Below are positions 41,579 to 51,657 of a stretch of DNA of 64,000 bases, in pieces. The notes beneath the pieces were generated by a model that was not told the origin of the DNA, did no database searches, and saw nothing but the letters and a program-made list of their open reading frames with translations. The first letter of the stretch is position 1; each line of letters opens with the position of its first letter. The DNA is from a virus: the IMG/VR virus record IMGVR_UViG_3300030090_003378, positions 1 to 64,000 of that record; one strand, given 5' to 3'. Position numbers and translations under genes: made by a program.

Positions 41579-43644
41579 TCAAACCACCTCTTTGTCGCAC
41601 TCCTTCCATTCCTCGTATATTTTTCTCCACTCTAAATATTCAGGATTAATTTTCATACCTTTAGGTGGTTTTTCATGTGAAATATCATGCATTCGCTTGA
41701 CTATACTGAGCAATTCACCGCAATCGTACTGTTCCAGAGGTGGGATAGCAATTTCTATTCCTTTTGCTTCTTCCTCTCTTCCTTCTTTTTCATATCTCCT
41801 TTGTACATTTCCCATTAATTCTATTACATGATTTCTTGCCACTTCACAACAACTATCTGTAACATCCATTTCACCTGCTAACTCAAAATCTATCACTTTA
41901 GAATTAGGGGCTTGTAATTCTCTATCAGGTTTCCTCTCCATCATGGGTTCAGCACCAAGTCTTTTAAGAATATCAAACCAAGTCATCGTTGACCACCTTC
42001 AATTATGTCTAACATTTCTCTAAGGTATTTATGAATTTTAAGTGCTTTACGTCTATGCCGTGGATGTTCATGTAACTTAGATGCCACTTCCATTGAATTT
42101 AATAATGACTGGCGTAAATCTTTATTTATTTGTTTTGCTTCTTCTACTTCTTCAGGGGTTCTTTGACCTACAACATATCTGTCTAACACTTCTTTAATAT
42201 AGCCAATTCTAATATGTTGTTGTAGTGTGCCTACTGATAATCTTTTAAATTCCCCTCTATTGTATTGGTCCCAAACATAATCCAATAAATGTTCCCTGTC
42301 AATTTCAGGATTAAGAATCTTGACGCCCCAATCATATTTTGAAGCAGTTTCTCTATTCATTCTATCTTTATCATCATATTTTACTTTAGGTCTACCTACG
42401 GTATAATCTTCACCACGGGCTTGAAGCCAAAAATCAGCATTGGGCATATTTGATTTAACGTAAAAATTATCTGTTTTGAAAGGCGCTTTCAATGTATTCT
42501 CCCAATTCATCTCCTTCCTCTCCCATCTCCCCAATTATATGAACCTCTAACTAAATTTGGCAACCACTTATTAGCGTTGTTAATTATCAGGTCTATTGCA
42601 GGGGCCACATTAACTACGACCTGTTCCCAATTAACTTCATTTAAGTCCTCTTTGGGCATAGCAGCAAAATCAACATTTGTTTTAATTTCTTGAAATGTTA
42701 TTTGTTTAAAGGCTTCAGGTAAACTGCCCCAAAATTCATTAAGAGCATCCTTCTTAATTTCATATCTCTTTACTTCACCTGTTTGTTTATCGTGAATTAC
42801 GTGCCACGCTCCTAAATGCATAAGTAAATCTTGAATGTGTTGCACAAATTTACTGTCCTTTCTAAGAGCAGTAGAAATGTATCGTTCCAAGTCGAATTTT
42901 AGAATTTTTTTCCAAGTCATGTTAAATCCCTCCGTTGTTTATCTTCAGGGGATATTCCTGCTTTTTCTAATATTAGGTTAATTTGGGCAAGAATAAATTC
43001 AGGAGTCATAAATGACACAATATTTTCATCATCAAATGTTTCAATTGCACGTTCAATTAAATCAGCCCATTGTAAAACGTCTTTTTCTGCTTGTCCTCTT
43101 AACTTTGGTAAGAAATCAAATCTAATTCTTCTTTTGGCTTGTATTAAATCATCCTTAGACAACGTTCCTTCAGGAAACCATCTTTTTGTAGAATCTCCAA
43201 CATTAGGAAATTCGTATTTTAGAATTTTTTTCCAAGACATTATTTCACCCACTGTAATTTAACAGCCCCTGTTGCTTCATCTTGACCTACCAAATTATAT
43301 TGAATTCCTGCTATCTGTCTAAGTGCATCATTAGCATTATTAAGGATTGTTGTTATCATTATTTGATATTGATTACCTAAATCATCACTTAATTGCTGTA
43401 ACTCTTTTTTATCTTCAAGATTTTCTGAACCCTCATCCCACAACTTCTGCATAATTTCGTTTAAGTCAGTAATTTGGGTATTAAAGTGTTTTTCTATCTG
43501 CCAAATCGGAAAACCCCTTTTATATTCTACAATTTTTTCCCAATCTAAATCTTTAAGCCATTTTTTGTGTTTATCAGACCAAGAAAATATATCTGCATTC
43601 CAAATAAAGCGAGTATTTTCTTTTTTCAGAATTTTTTCCCACAT
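41579..43644 (-). CDS. Five leader-bearing ORFs (41579-41986, 41983-~42510, 42507-42920, 42917-~43240, 43240-43644)
   Basis: MTWFDILK, MNWENTLK, MTWKKILK, MSWKKILK, MWEKILK. Confidence 0.6.
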
Positions 43645-43764
43645 AATTTTTTCACAACCTGCAAAACGGCTTTTTCAAAAAATTGGCCGGAGATTTTTGT
43701 GGCATTAGCAAAATTTTTTATATTAAATTAAATCCATTTCCAGAATAAGCATCATAAAATGGCA

Positions 43765-44163
43765 TCACATATAACTAACGTCATCATCCTCTTGTTTATT
43801 TGAAGATTTCTCTTTCTTATTAAGGTTTTGTTGCCCGTACATTAGTGAAAACTCACCAAAGTTTGTATTAATAGCCCGCCGAAGTGTTTTATTATACCTT
43901 TTTATGCATTTTTGATGCTGTTGACGCAGTTCTTTGAACCATTGTTGTATTTGTTCTTGTTCTGTATTAGGTGGCGGCGCGTGTATCATGTAGAGTTTGA
44001 AAAAATTGTCCCAATCTTGAAGTAGATTGTCTAACTCATGTAATAATTCAGTTGCATCATTTTGCTGTGGAAAGCATTTGTATATTTCATGTAGGTAGTC
44101 CCAATCCATGTATTTCACCGGCTGAGGATTCTTAGTATATGTTATAAGAGTTTGCATGAGCAT
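43765..44163 (-). CDS. Hypothetical protein
   Basis: 132-aa ORF. Confidence 0.45.
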   Translation of the reverse strand: MLMQTLITYTKNPQPVKYMDWDYLHEIYKCFPQQNDATELLHELDNLLQDWDNFFKLYMIHAPPPNTEQEQIQQWFKELRQQHQKCIKRYNKTLRRAINTNFGEFSLMYGQQNLNKKEKSSNKQEDDDVSYM

Positions 44164-44587
44164 ATAATAGAGGTTAGATTACCCTGCAAAGATATTTTTC
44201 CCTTCTAAAACATAACATTCGCGGGTTAGAGTATAACGGTGGGTAAAAGGCATGTTCTAATAACTTTTGAAGGTCTATTTTGCGCCATAAGGCCATTTAG
44301 TAACTAACTTTTGTTTTTATCTCAATAAAAAATTGATTCCGCAAAGTGGAACCATATGGGTGTAAGTATACGATAATAAATAATAAAAACCTCGCCGATA
44401 ATGGAGATGACGACGATGACGCATAAATACAACCATATGGTATGCTTTGCATTACCTTAAGATATTAAACTAGAAGAGTATAATATCATTCAAGGGGGAA
44501 AGACAAGGAGGAAATATGCTAACCCCCTTTCTCCGTTAAGCCCGAAGTTGTTTAGTCCTTATTACTGGATAAACCCCTTGAATCTAT

Positions 44588-45773
44588 TTAATCTTCTTCT
44601 TCATTTCTCATTTGGTCGCGTAGAACAATATAGTTCCTGAAGTTTTGAGAGCAGTATTCTGCGTTATCATCCCACTCTTCTTGTGCGCCTGTTGTTAAAT
44701 CATACTTTCCTAATACTTGATTACAACATACACAGTTATGCCATATAACCCTAATACGTGGATAATTTGCATCACCCACATAATATTGGTCTTCACGGCT
44801 AACTTTAACCTCAACTTCTTCATTACACTTCTTACAGTATAATTTTTTCCATAACATACCTAACGATTTACTCATTCTTCTTCCTCCCTACCTTGACCGA
44901 CTATATCTTGAGCAACATCATAAGGCATATGTTGTCCTTTGATTGCAAAAGCAGCAACTACTGTGCGATTTACCTCAAGGCTACTTCTAGTCATAGCAAT
45001 TAAGCCATTAAGATAGTCAAGAATTGCCTCATTATCCCAATCACTCTCAATAACGGTAATATGATTAGGGAAGTGAGTCATCAATTTCATCAAAACACAT
45101 CTAACTTCTTCCCGTATTACTGTGTTTAGTATAGCATCTAATTTTTCTTCCATTCAAATCACCATATATTCTTGATATGTCCAAATAGGAATACCTGTTT
45201 CTTCATCTATCGGGCCTTCTAATTCAGTTTTCAATTTCAATTGTTTCATTTCATCACCACTGTCATACACTTATTGTAATAATGACTATAATTTCTCCAT
45301 TCAGGTAGAGGTTTATTACAACATGGACAAATATCTCCTGTAATTACTCTATCTTTGCTCATTCTTCTTCACCTCGGAATAAACTGTTGCTTAGTATTCC
45401 TCGCTTAAGTTCGTTAAGTTCTACTTTTTGGTCTTCAAGCATCTTAAGGCATAGGTCACTTAACAAGCATCTGACTGTTTCAACCCTAAGCCATTCTCCT
45501 GCGTGGACTTTCTTATCAGCACCATCTAATAAACTTTCAATATATTCTGCGTATACCATTATTTCACTCTCCGGTTTATGACTCATCTAGATTTCTACGT
45601 AGAGTTTCAGCAGTTACTATGTCAAGGGCATCCTTAATCATATCCTGTGCTTCTGAAGTATTATCCGCTTGGACTCTTACTTCAGCAAGCCAAACACCCT
45701 TAGCGTTCTGCTTCATTTTCATTACAACATCTTTCATCACTATCACATTATTGTCTTTATCTTCATTAGGCAT
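44588..45773 (-). CDS. Cluster of small leftward ORFs (44588-44875 Zn-ribbon; 44872-45153; 45359-45586; 45576-45773)
   Basis: Coupled ORFs, several ending in EEE/EED; CxxC pairs in the first. Confidence 0.5.
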
Positions 45774-45907
45774 CTTATCACCTATGCTAATATGTAACCT
45801 AGTACAAGTTAAGGTGTGTGCAAAGCCACACCATATGGAACGTAACTTTGTGGCTTCCTTACACCTACCGACCTTAACTTACTAATGCCCAATAGGAGGA
45901 CGGGCTA

Positions 45908-46486
45908 ATGAAAGAAATGAAATGGACAGCAGAAAAGATAGCAACTTTTCTTGCACCCTTCGTTGCTTGGCTAAAGGCCAACAAGAAGAAGCAAGAGAAA
46001 TGGGATATGGGTTTGAAGTGGGCCTATGAGGACGTTGAAAAATACGTTCGACAAATGCCTACTTGTCAAACCGACGATGATGTGAAGCAGATACAGCGGA
46101 AGTTGAGAACAGCAGGGCAAACCACCGGCATTGAATCAACAGGTTATCCGGTTGTGAAAGCAAATTCAAAATGGGTTCCACCGGCTCACGCGAAGCCCGC
46201 ATGGGATTTGATTGAGAAAGGACTCAAGCGTGAATTGAGGCCTCAGAAGAAAGGATTTGAAGCACTTCTGACACATCGCAACACCCATGCCAAGAAAGAC
46301 AAGGATGGAAAAATCATCAAGAAAGGTGAAAGATTCTTCCAAAGTCGTGATGATATTCGCGACACTCGATTGGCAACATTCATGGGTAGACTCAAGGCTG
46401 ACCTAATCTCAGGAGATTGGGATGGCACAATTGAAGGACTCAAGAAGATTGCAGACCTACCTGACGGGGTGAATTTGGATGATTGA
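45908..46486 (+). CDS. GxWDG-family paralog 1
   Basis: 192 aa, C-terminal LISGDWDGT. Confidence 0.65.
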   Translation: MKEMKWTAEKIATFLAPFVAWLKANKKKQEKWDMGLKWAYEDVEKYVRQMPTCQTDDDVKQIQRKLRTAGQTTGIESTGYPVVKANSKWVPPAHAKPAWDLIEKGLKRELRPQKKGFEALLTHRNTHAKKDKDGKIIKKGERFFQSRDDIRDTRLATFMGRLKADLISGDWDGTIEGLKKIADLPDGVNLDD

Positions 46487-46512
46487 TGACAACGAAGATT
46501 GATTAAAATGAC

Positions 46513-46542
46513 GGGTGGGGGGTTGGTTTGAACCCCCTGCCC
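46513..46542 (+). terminator. GC-rich hairpin after paralog 1
   Basis: gggtggggggtt-ggtttg-aaccccctgccc. Confidence 0.5.
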
Positions 46543-46732
46543 TGAATTTAGGGTGTGTATTTTATAGATTGGTCATTTGCTACAAAGTTCTCATTCCCTA
46601 TCGAACTAACACAGAATTAGAAATTCTGCGTTATTAAAATATTCACACCATATGGTAAGCACTTTGTGGCGAACCCTAACAGTGTAATCGGCCACCTAGT
46701 AATGCTTCGTAATGAAGTAGGAGAGATATGAA

Positions 46733-47311
46733 ATGTCAGACGACAAAGATATGAGCATGACAGATGAACAATGGGCAAAGGTAATTGCGCCAGTAGAGCA
46801 GCATTACAAAGACCACCAAAAGGAACTGAAAGCCAACAAGGAACACGGTGAAGATTGGGGAGAGTCACTAACCATTATTCGTAGTCAGATTAAGAGAGGA
46901 AATAAGAACGCAAGCAACCGTGTAAAATACTACACGTTAATCAAAGATGAAGGTCGTGACCTTCCTCATTGGCCTATCAAGAAGGGACAGCAATCTAAAT
47001 TGCCACAAGCCCTTCAAGATAGTTTGAATGTTATGGGCGATGAACTCGCAGAAGCCTACACCGCTTTTTGGGAGGCTAACCCAATCGTTCAAGCAACAAG
47101 TATCATCAGCGACCGTAACAAGGAATTGGGCGGTTCGCAATATAATGATGGTGCAGAGTTTGCGGCAAGTAGAGTATTGGCTATGCGACAGCGCTTCATT
47201 AAGCACTTCAATACTGGCCGATGGGATGGTGAATATAATGCTGAAGGCATGACAATTTCACCACCGCCTCAAGATGATGATGCAGGAGATGATTCTTCTG
47301 ATGAGTCTTGA
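46733..47311 (+). CDS. GxWDG-family paralog 2
   Basis: 192 aa, C-terminal FNTGRWDGE. Confidence 0.65.
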   Translation: MSDDKDMSMTDEQWAKVIAPVEQHYKDHQKELKANKEHGEDWGESLTIIRSQIKRGNKNASNRVKYYTLIKDEGRDLPHWPIKKGQQSKLPQALQDSLNVMGDELAEAYTAFWEANPIVQATSIISDRNKELGGSQYNDGAEFAASRVLAMRQRFIKHFNTGRWDGEYNAEGMTISPPPQDDDAGDDSSDES

Positions 47312-47608
47312 GCAAATTTTCCTTGATGAAGAGGAAGATTAAATCTGTTCTCAAGAACAGTAGGAACTATCTGATTCAGTGATGAAGATAGGGCTAACCG
47401 CACGGCCCCTTAATAATGTGCGGTAACACAATCCCCTTTAATATAATAATTAGTATAGGGGCGGCTGTTTCAGGATAGCGTCGACATAATAAATCCTAAC
47501 CTTTAATATTATTTTGATTTTTTAATATTAAGGTATGGCGCAAAGCACCTTACCATATGGAACAAAACTTTGTTATTTCCCCATGACTACAATAGCCCAT
47601 CTACTAAT

Positions 47609-48135
47609 GTTCGGGGCGTGAAAGAGAGGCATCTCTTAAGCAACCTGAATGGGATAGTGGCTGAAATCGAAAGACCGCAGATTGAGAAGCGGGAACAGCA
47701 TACACATTGAGATAGACTCGTGATAGTAATATCGTGGTAGAGTCAAAAGCAATTAACGAATGGTTGTAATACCCTTCGCTGACATAATAATCAAAAGTCA
47801 TTTTGCGGGCATGAAAAAAGGCAACTGTATAACCAGCAGTCAGATGATAACAATGGGAGGTACAGCCCATTGGTGTAGTTAGAGTAAGTGTCATTCGGAA
47901 AAACGCGTTTACTAATCAATAGTAATAAACGAACGACTCACACTGAAATTTGTAGTGTAAACCTTAATCGGGGTTATCCTACCTATCCACCTTTCACATT
48001 CCTCTAGGGGATGACGGAAGTTAGGCAATAAGAAACCCGACAAACAATATACGTTGTCGAATCCGGATAGTAACGGTGAAGTTTCTCGCTTAGTATTGTT
48101 GCAAACCTTCCCGAATCCTCTTGAGGTGATTTTTT
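47609..48135 (+). ncRNA. Putative large structured non-coding RNA (~520 nt)
   Basis: No credible ORF; more than 12 nested stems; begins at the same offset from an ACCATATGG element as the neighbouring genes' leaders; ends with a hairpin and T-run. Confidence 0.6.
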
Positions 48136-48369
48136 TAATATCAGGGTTCTGTTTTTCAAAGAAAAGAACCATATGGTTCAATTAATTTGACCGGAGGTGT
48201 ATAAAGTGCGTGACGACGATACTGATGAAGATGCTTAAATAAGCATCTAGACCTGAACAAGTCGTTAAACTGTTCACGCCCTTTCACACCATATGGTAAG
48301 AAACTTTGTTTCATTACCTTACACGTATTCGTTATATGTTAGTGATGCCCTAAAAGGGTAGGAGATAAT

Positions 48370-48972
48370 ATGATGAGACATATAGATGATGAAAGATGGA
48401 ATGAGATGTGGTCAGAAAAGATTTTGACTTCACAGCAAGTTCTTTTGAATGAAGGTGATAAGGATATGGCAAAGATATTCGGTTGGATGCACGAAATGGG
48501 AAGTCGGAGAGGAAGTGAAGGAATCCGACATTCTCTCATTAAGTCAATGCGAGATATGGTTAGGCATAATGCCCGATATGGAAACGAAGTTTGTTACACA
48601 TTGGGTGGTCGGTATAGACTACCTTATCAAGTGCGTGAAGTAATTTGGCATGCCGCCGATGTTTTGGCTACACAGGTTATACAAGAAAGACATAATCAAT
48701 CGCAATACCAAGCATTGATTAACTTTAGAACAAGAAAACAATGGATTCACGATAAGAGAGGTAATGACTACAAAATTAAGCAATCTTATGAAGATGACGC
48801 TTATGCCGCAGGAAATCGTGCCGCAAAGAAATTGATGCGAACCTTAACCCATTGGTTTAAGATTGGTATTTGGGATGGCACAAAGGATATGCTTGACCAG
48901 TTTTTAGCAGAACCACAATATGCTATCGAGGCATTGAATCAGATACAAGGACGTGAGGTGGGAGATTGTTAA
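48370..48972 (+). CDS. GxWDG-family paralog 3
   Basis: 200 aa, C-terminal FKIGIWDGT. Confidence 0.65.
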   Translation: MMRHIDDERWNEMWSEKILTSQQVLLNEGDKDMAKIFGWMHEMGSRRGSEGIRHSLIKSMRDMVRHNARYGNEVCYTLGGRYRLPYQVREVIWHAADVLATQVIQERHNQSQYQALINFRTRKQWIHDKRGNDYKIKQSYEDDAYAAGNRAAKKLMRTLTHWFKIGIWDGTKDMLDQFLAEPQYAIEALNQIQGREVGDC

Positions 48973-49091
48973 ATATTCCATCCAACCTTGACAAAAACGG
49001 TAATATCGTAAAATTGTATAATAGGTATGAACATTCAGTGTTCACCGTATACAATGACGATATGGAAGAATGACTAATCATCATTTCAATT

Positions 49092-49122
49092 CAGCAGTAG
49101 GGGTCTGCTTTATCAAAACCCC
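49092..49122 (+). other. H-type pseudoknot motif, copy 1
   Basis: AGCAG/CTGCT stem with loop GGGGT pairing to a downstream ACCCC. Confidence 0.55.
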
Positions 49123-49649
49123 GACCTTTTTAATCTTAAGGTAATATTCCCCTCAAAGAGTCTATTACCATATGGTTCATTTTATATGACCGGAGGTGAT
49201 TGCATAGTTCTTGACGAAGACCCAGCAGACGACGACGCGTAATTCAATTACGCAGAGTCCTGAGTAAGACTTCAAACTGCTCGCCTTCAAACTATTCCAC
49301 ACCATATGGTAATATATCCATTTAAAAAGATATTTTTTGAAATAAAAAAATAACGCCAAATCGAGCGATGGGCCTTATAAGTGGATTCGCCCACCCTGTA
49401 TTGCGTTACCCGAGATGCGACAATAAGCATACCGATGGCTAATACTTCTCAAGTATTTGTTATCCTTTTGTCTAAGTTACACCAATTACTCTTATTATAT
49501 GTGACTAATCAGAATAATTAATATATTTATTATTGTTTACACTTTTAGCCAAAAGGACGTGCAAGTTATAGAACTATGCATGAACTAATGAACTACTAAC
49601 TATCAATGTTTTTCTTAATAATTTTTTTCTTGTTCATTTTGTCCGAGAT

Positions 49650-49925
49650 AATTTTCCACGATGGGAATTCCCACGTTTTCTCATTGGTATGGGAAAACAT
49701 TATGAAGGACTTATGGTATATATCTAACACATTTTGTATTAATACCTTTATTTTCCCATTTTCCCATTCCTTACTTACTTATTCTCCCTTTCTCTCTCTC
49801 TCTATGTGTATATGTGTAGGGGGGATAGGTGGGAAAAGTGGGAAAAGTGGGAACTTTGACAAATTGTTCGAGAACATGGCGTTTTCTCAAGCATTTTGTT
49901 GTCCCAACGATGGGAAAATGGGAAT
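49650..49925. repeat. Iteron-like TGGGAA(AA)/TTCCCA cluster; candidate replication origin
   Basis: About 11 copies in both orientations, including GTGGGAAAA tandems at 49829-49853, next to an AT-rich tract at 49490-49640. Confidence 0.5.
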
Positions 49926-49992
49926 CTCCTACAAAATGACCGAGTAATTATATGACATAAATGCTGCTATTGCTGCGAATTGAGGTGTTAAA

Positions 49993-50259
49993 ATGGAAAC
50001 AAAACAAAAAATTAGAGAAGTTATGATGGAATTAGAGGAACTATTAGTGAAAAAGAATGAACAATATGGCGACTCAGTAATGGAACCAATTGGTATATTC
50101 GCTGAGGGTAATTCACAAGACTTGATACGGGTGAGAATTGATGATAAACTATCTCGACTTGTGCGAGGGAACGATAACATTGAGTCAGATGAAGACATAG
50201 TTTTAGATTTAATAGGTTACTTAGTGCTACTACTTATTACTATGAGGGATGGGCATTGA
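49993..50259 (+). CDS. Nucleotide-modification-associated domain protein (DUF1599-like, dimeric dUTPase/MazG-like helical fold)
   Basis: KKNEQYGDS...IRVRIDDKLSRL...DLIGY. Confidence 0.65.
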   Translation: METKQKIREVMMELEELLVKKNEQYGDSVMEPIGIFAEGNSQDLIRVRIDDKLSRLVRGNDNIESDEDIVLDLIGYLVLLLITMRDGH

Positions 50260-50413
50260 CCTTTGAATATGAATGGGCCCACTTGAGAAGTATAGTTAGA
50301 GTGGCTGTTGGAATTCTTAAAGATTATGTTGATTTAGAAGAAGTTTCTAAAGATGATGTAAAAGAAATAGTAAAGGATATTAAAAGAGTAATAAATTTGT
50401 TGGAGATGAACTT

Positions 50414-51469
50414 ATGAATAAACTAGAAATGGCGATGTTAAGAGAAATGATGATTGATACGTTAATAAAAAACTGGCCCTACATGGAAAACCATGAGCCT
50501 CACAATTGGTCACTTGGTGAAGTTTGGTATGAACTTAGAGATTTAATTGAAAATGATAGAAAAAATTTGAAACTTACAAGAAATATTGTGAAGGCATACG
50601 GTGTAAAATATCGCTATATCATGTTTGAACCTGAAGCATTAGAAATATTGGAGGAAGAATAATGAGTTATGACCACGGAAACCCTCTTGATAGAGAAATG
50701 ATGGATGGAAAAGAAGAACAATGTGATGATTGTTGGGAAATGGGTTCAGATTGTAAATGTGAGGAAGAATAATGGGTGAGATGAAAAAGATATGGGCGAT
50801 GTTCAATGGTGGTTCAACAACAGATAATGTTGCTTGGCACTTAATGTTGAACACAAAAATAGCAACTTGGGTTGAGGCCAAAGAAGTTGCTCAAAAATTA
50901 AGAAAAGAATATGAATTAACTATAAATAGTGGTGTTGATATAGATGGAGATAACAAGTAAGAAATTAAATTTATTATACAAATTAGATATGCACGAGTAT
51001 AAATCAGGACTTGTGATAGGAACTGCAAGTAAAGTAGTATTGGATAATCCCAATTGGTATGAACCATTAGACCAAATATGGTTTCCTTCTGTAACAGACA
51101 AGGGGTCAATGGAACAAAAATTCATTGATTGGGCACATAATGATATTGCCACTGAATTACAAGGTGTCATTGATGACGATGATATAATGATGGAAATTAG
51201 AATTTGGAACAGGGGAGATTTTAGGAATGGGAAAAAGAAGAATTAAGAGCCACATTTGGGGATATTTAATGGAACATGGTAAAGGTAATACAGTTCAAAT
51301 ATGTGAGTATTTGAATAAAGTAACAAGAGATGGTACATGTGTAAAACAAATTGGACCAATCTTAAGTCAAGAACCTGCATTTGAATGTGTAGGTAAAGAA
51401 AAAATTAAATCTTTAATGGGTGGTTCTTACAACGTTAAGATATGGAAATTGAGGGATAATAATGAATGA
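50414..51469 (+). CDS. Small ORFs (50414-50662, 50772-50960, 50944-51246, 51227-51469 wHTH-like)
   Basis: Closely spaced purine-rich ORFs; the last has an HTH-plus-wing pattern. Confidence 0.5.
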
Positions 51470-51657
51470 AGAAGAACATTATTTATATGAGATGAGGGAA
51501 AGACGAAAGTTGAAATCCGAATCTTATGATAAACCTGCAAAGGTAGAAAGTAAAGAAGAAGAAGAGTAAAATAACACTTTTCTTCTACAATATGATTGTG
51601 AAATGATAAATTGAAGAAGTTTTATATGGCTTCTCGTATTAGGAACATATAGCAAAA

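Larger units (their letters stand above)
44351..49309. repeat. Nine dispersed ACCATATGG palindromic elements
   Basis: Copies start at 44351, 44432, 45830, 46647, 47552, 48168, 48288, 49167 and 49301, usually with CAAAG upstream and/or CTTTG downstream. Confidence 0.9.

Noticed and set aside
47609-48135. RNase P, SRP, tmRNA or group II intron identity for the structured RNA
   Set aside because: The diagnostic motifs (GAGGAAAGUCC, SRP helix 8, tRNA-like ends, domain V) were not seen.
47604-48181. Minus-strand ORFs 47604-47894 and 47912-48181
   Set aside because: Atypical composition, no evident RBS, opposite to local transcription; the region is better explained as structured RNA.
44351-49309. 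ACCATATGG repeats as a CRISPR or mini-CRISPR array
   Set aside because: The core is only 9 bp, spacing is irregular (81 bp to 1.4 kb), whole genes lie between copies, and there are no cas genes.
49650-49925. Link between the TGGGAA iterons and the TGG-GAA (Trp-Glu) of the protein leaders
   Set aside because: Leader codons vary (WF, WK, WQ, WA) while the amino-acid pattern holds, so the resemblance is probably coincidental.
49606-49947. 113-aa plus-strand ORF
   Set aside because: It is a translation of the iteron/microsatellite region (GKSGKSG, LSLS) and has no evident RBS.
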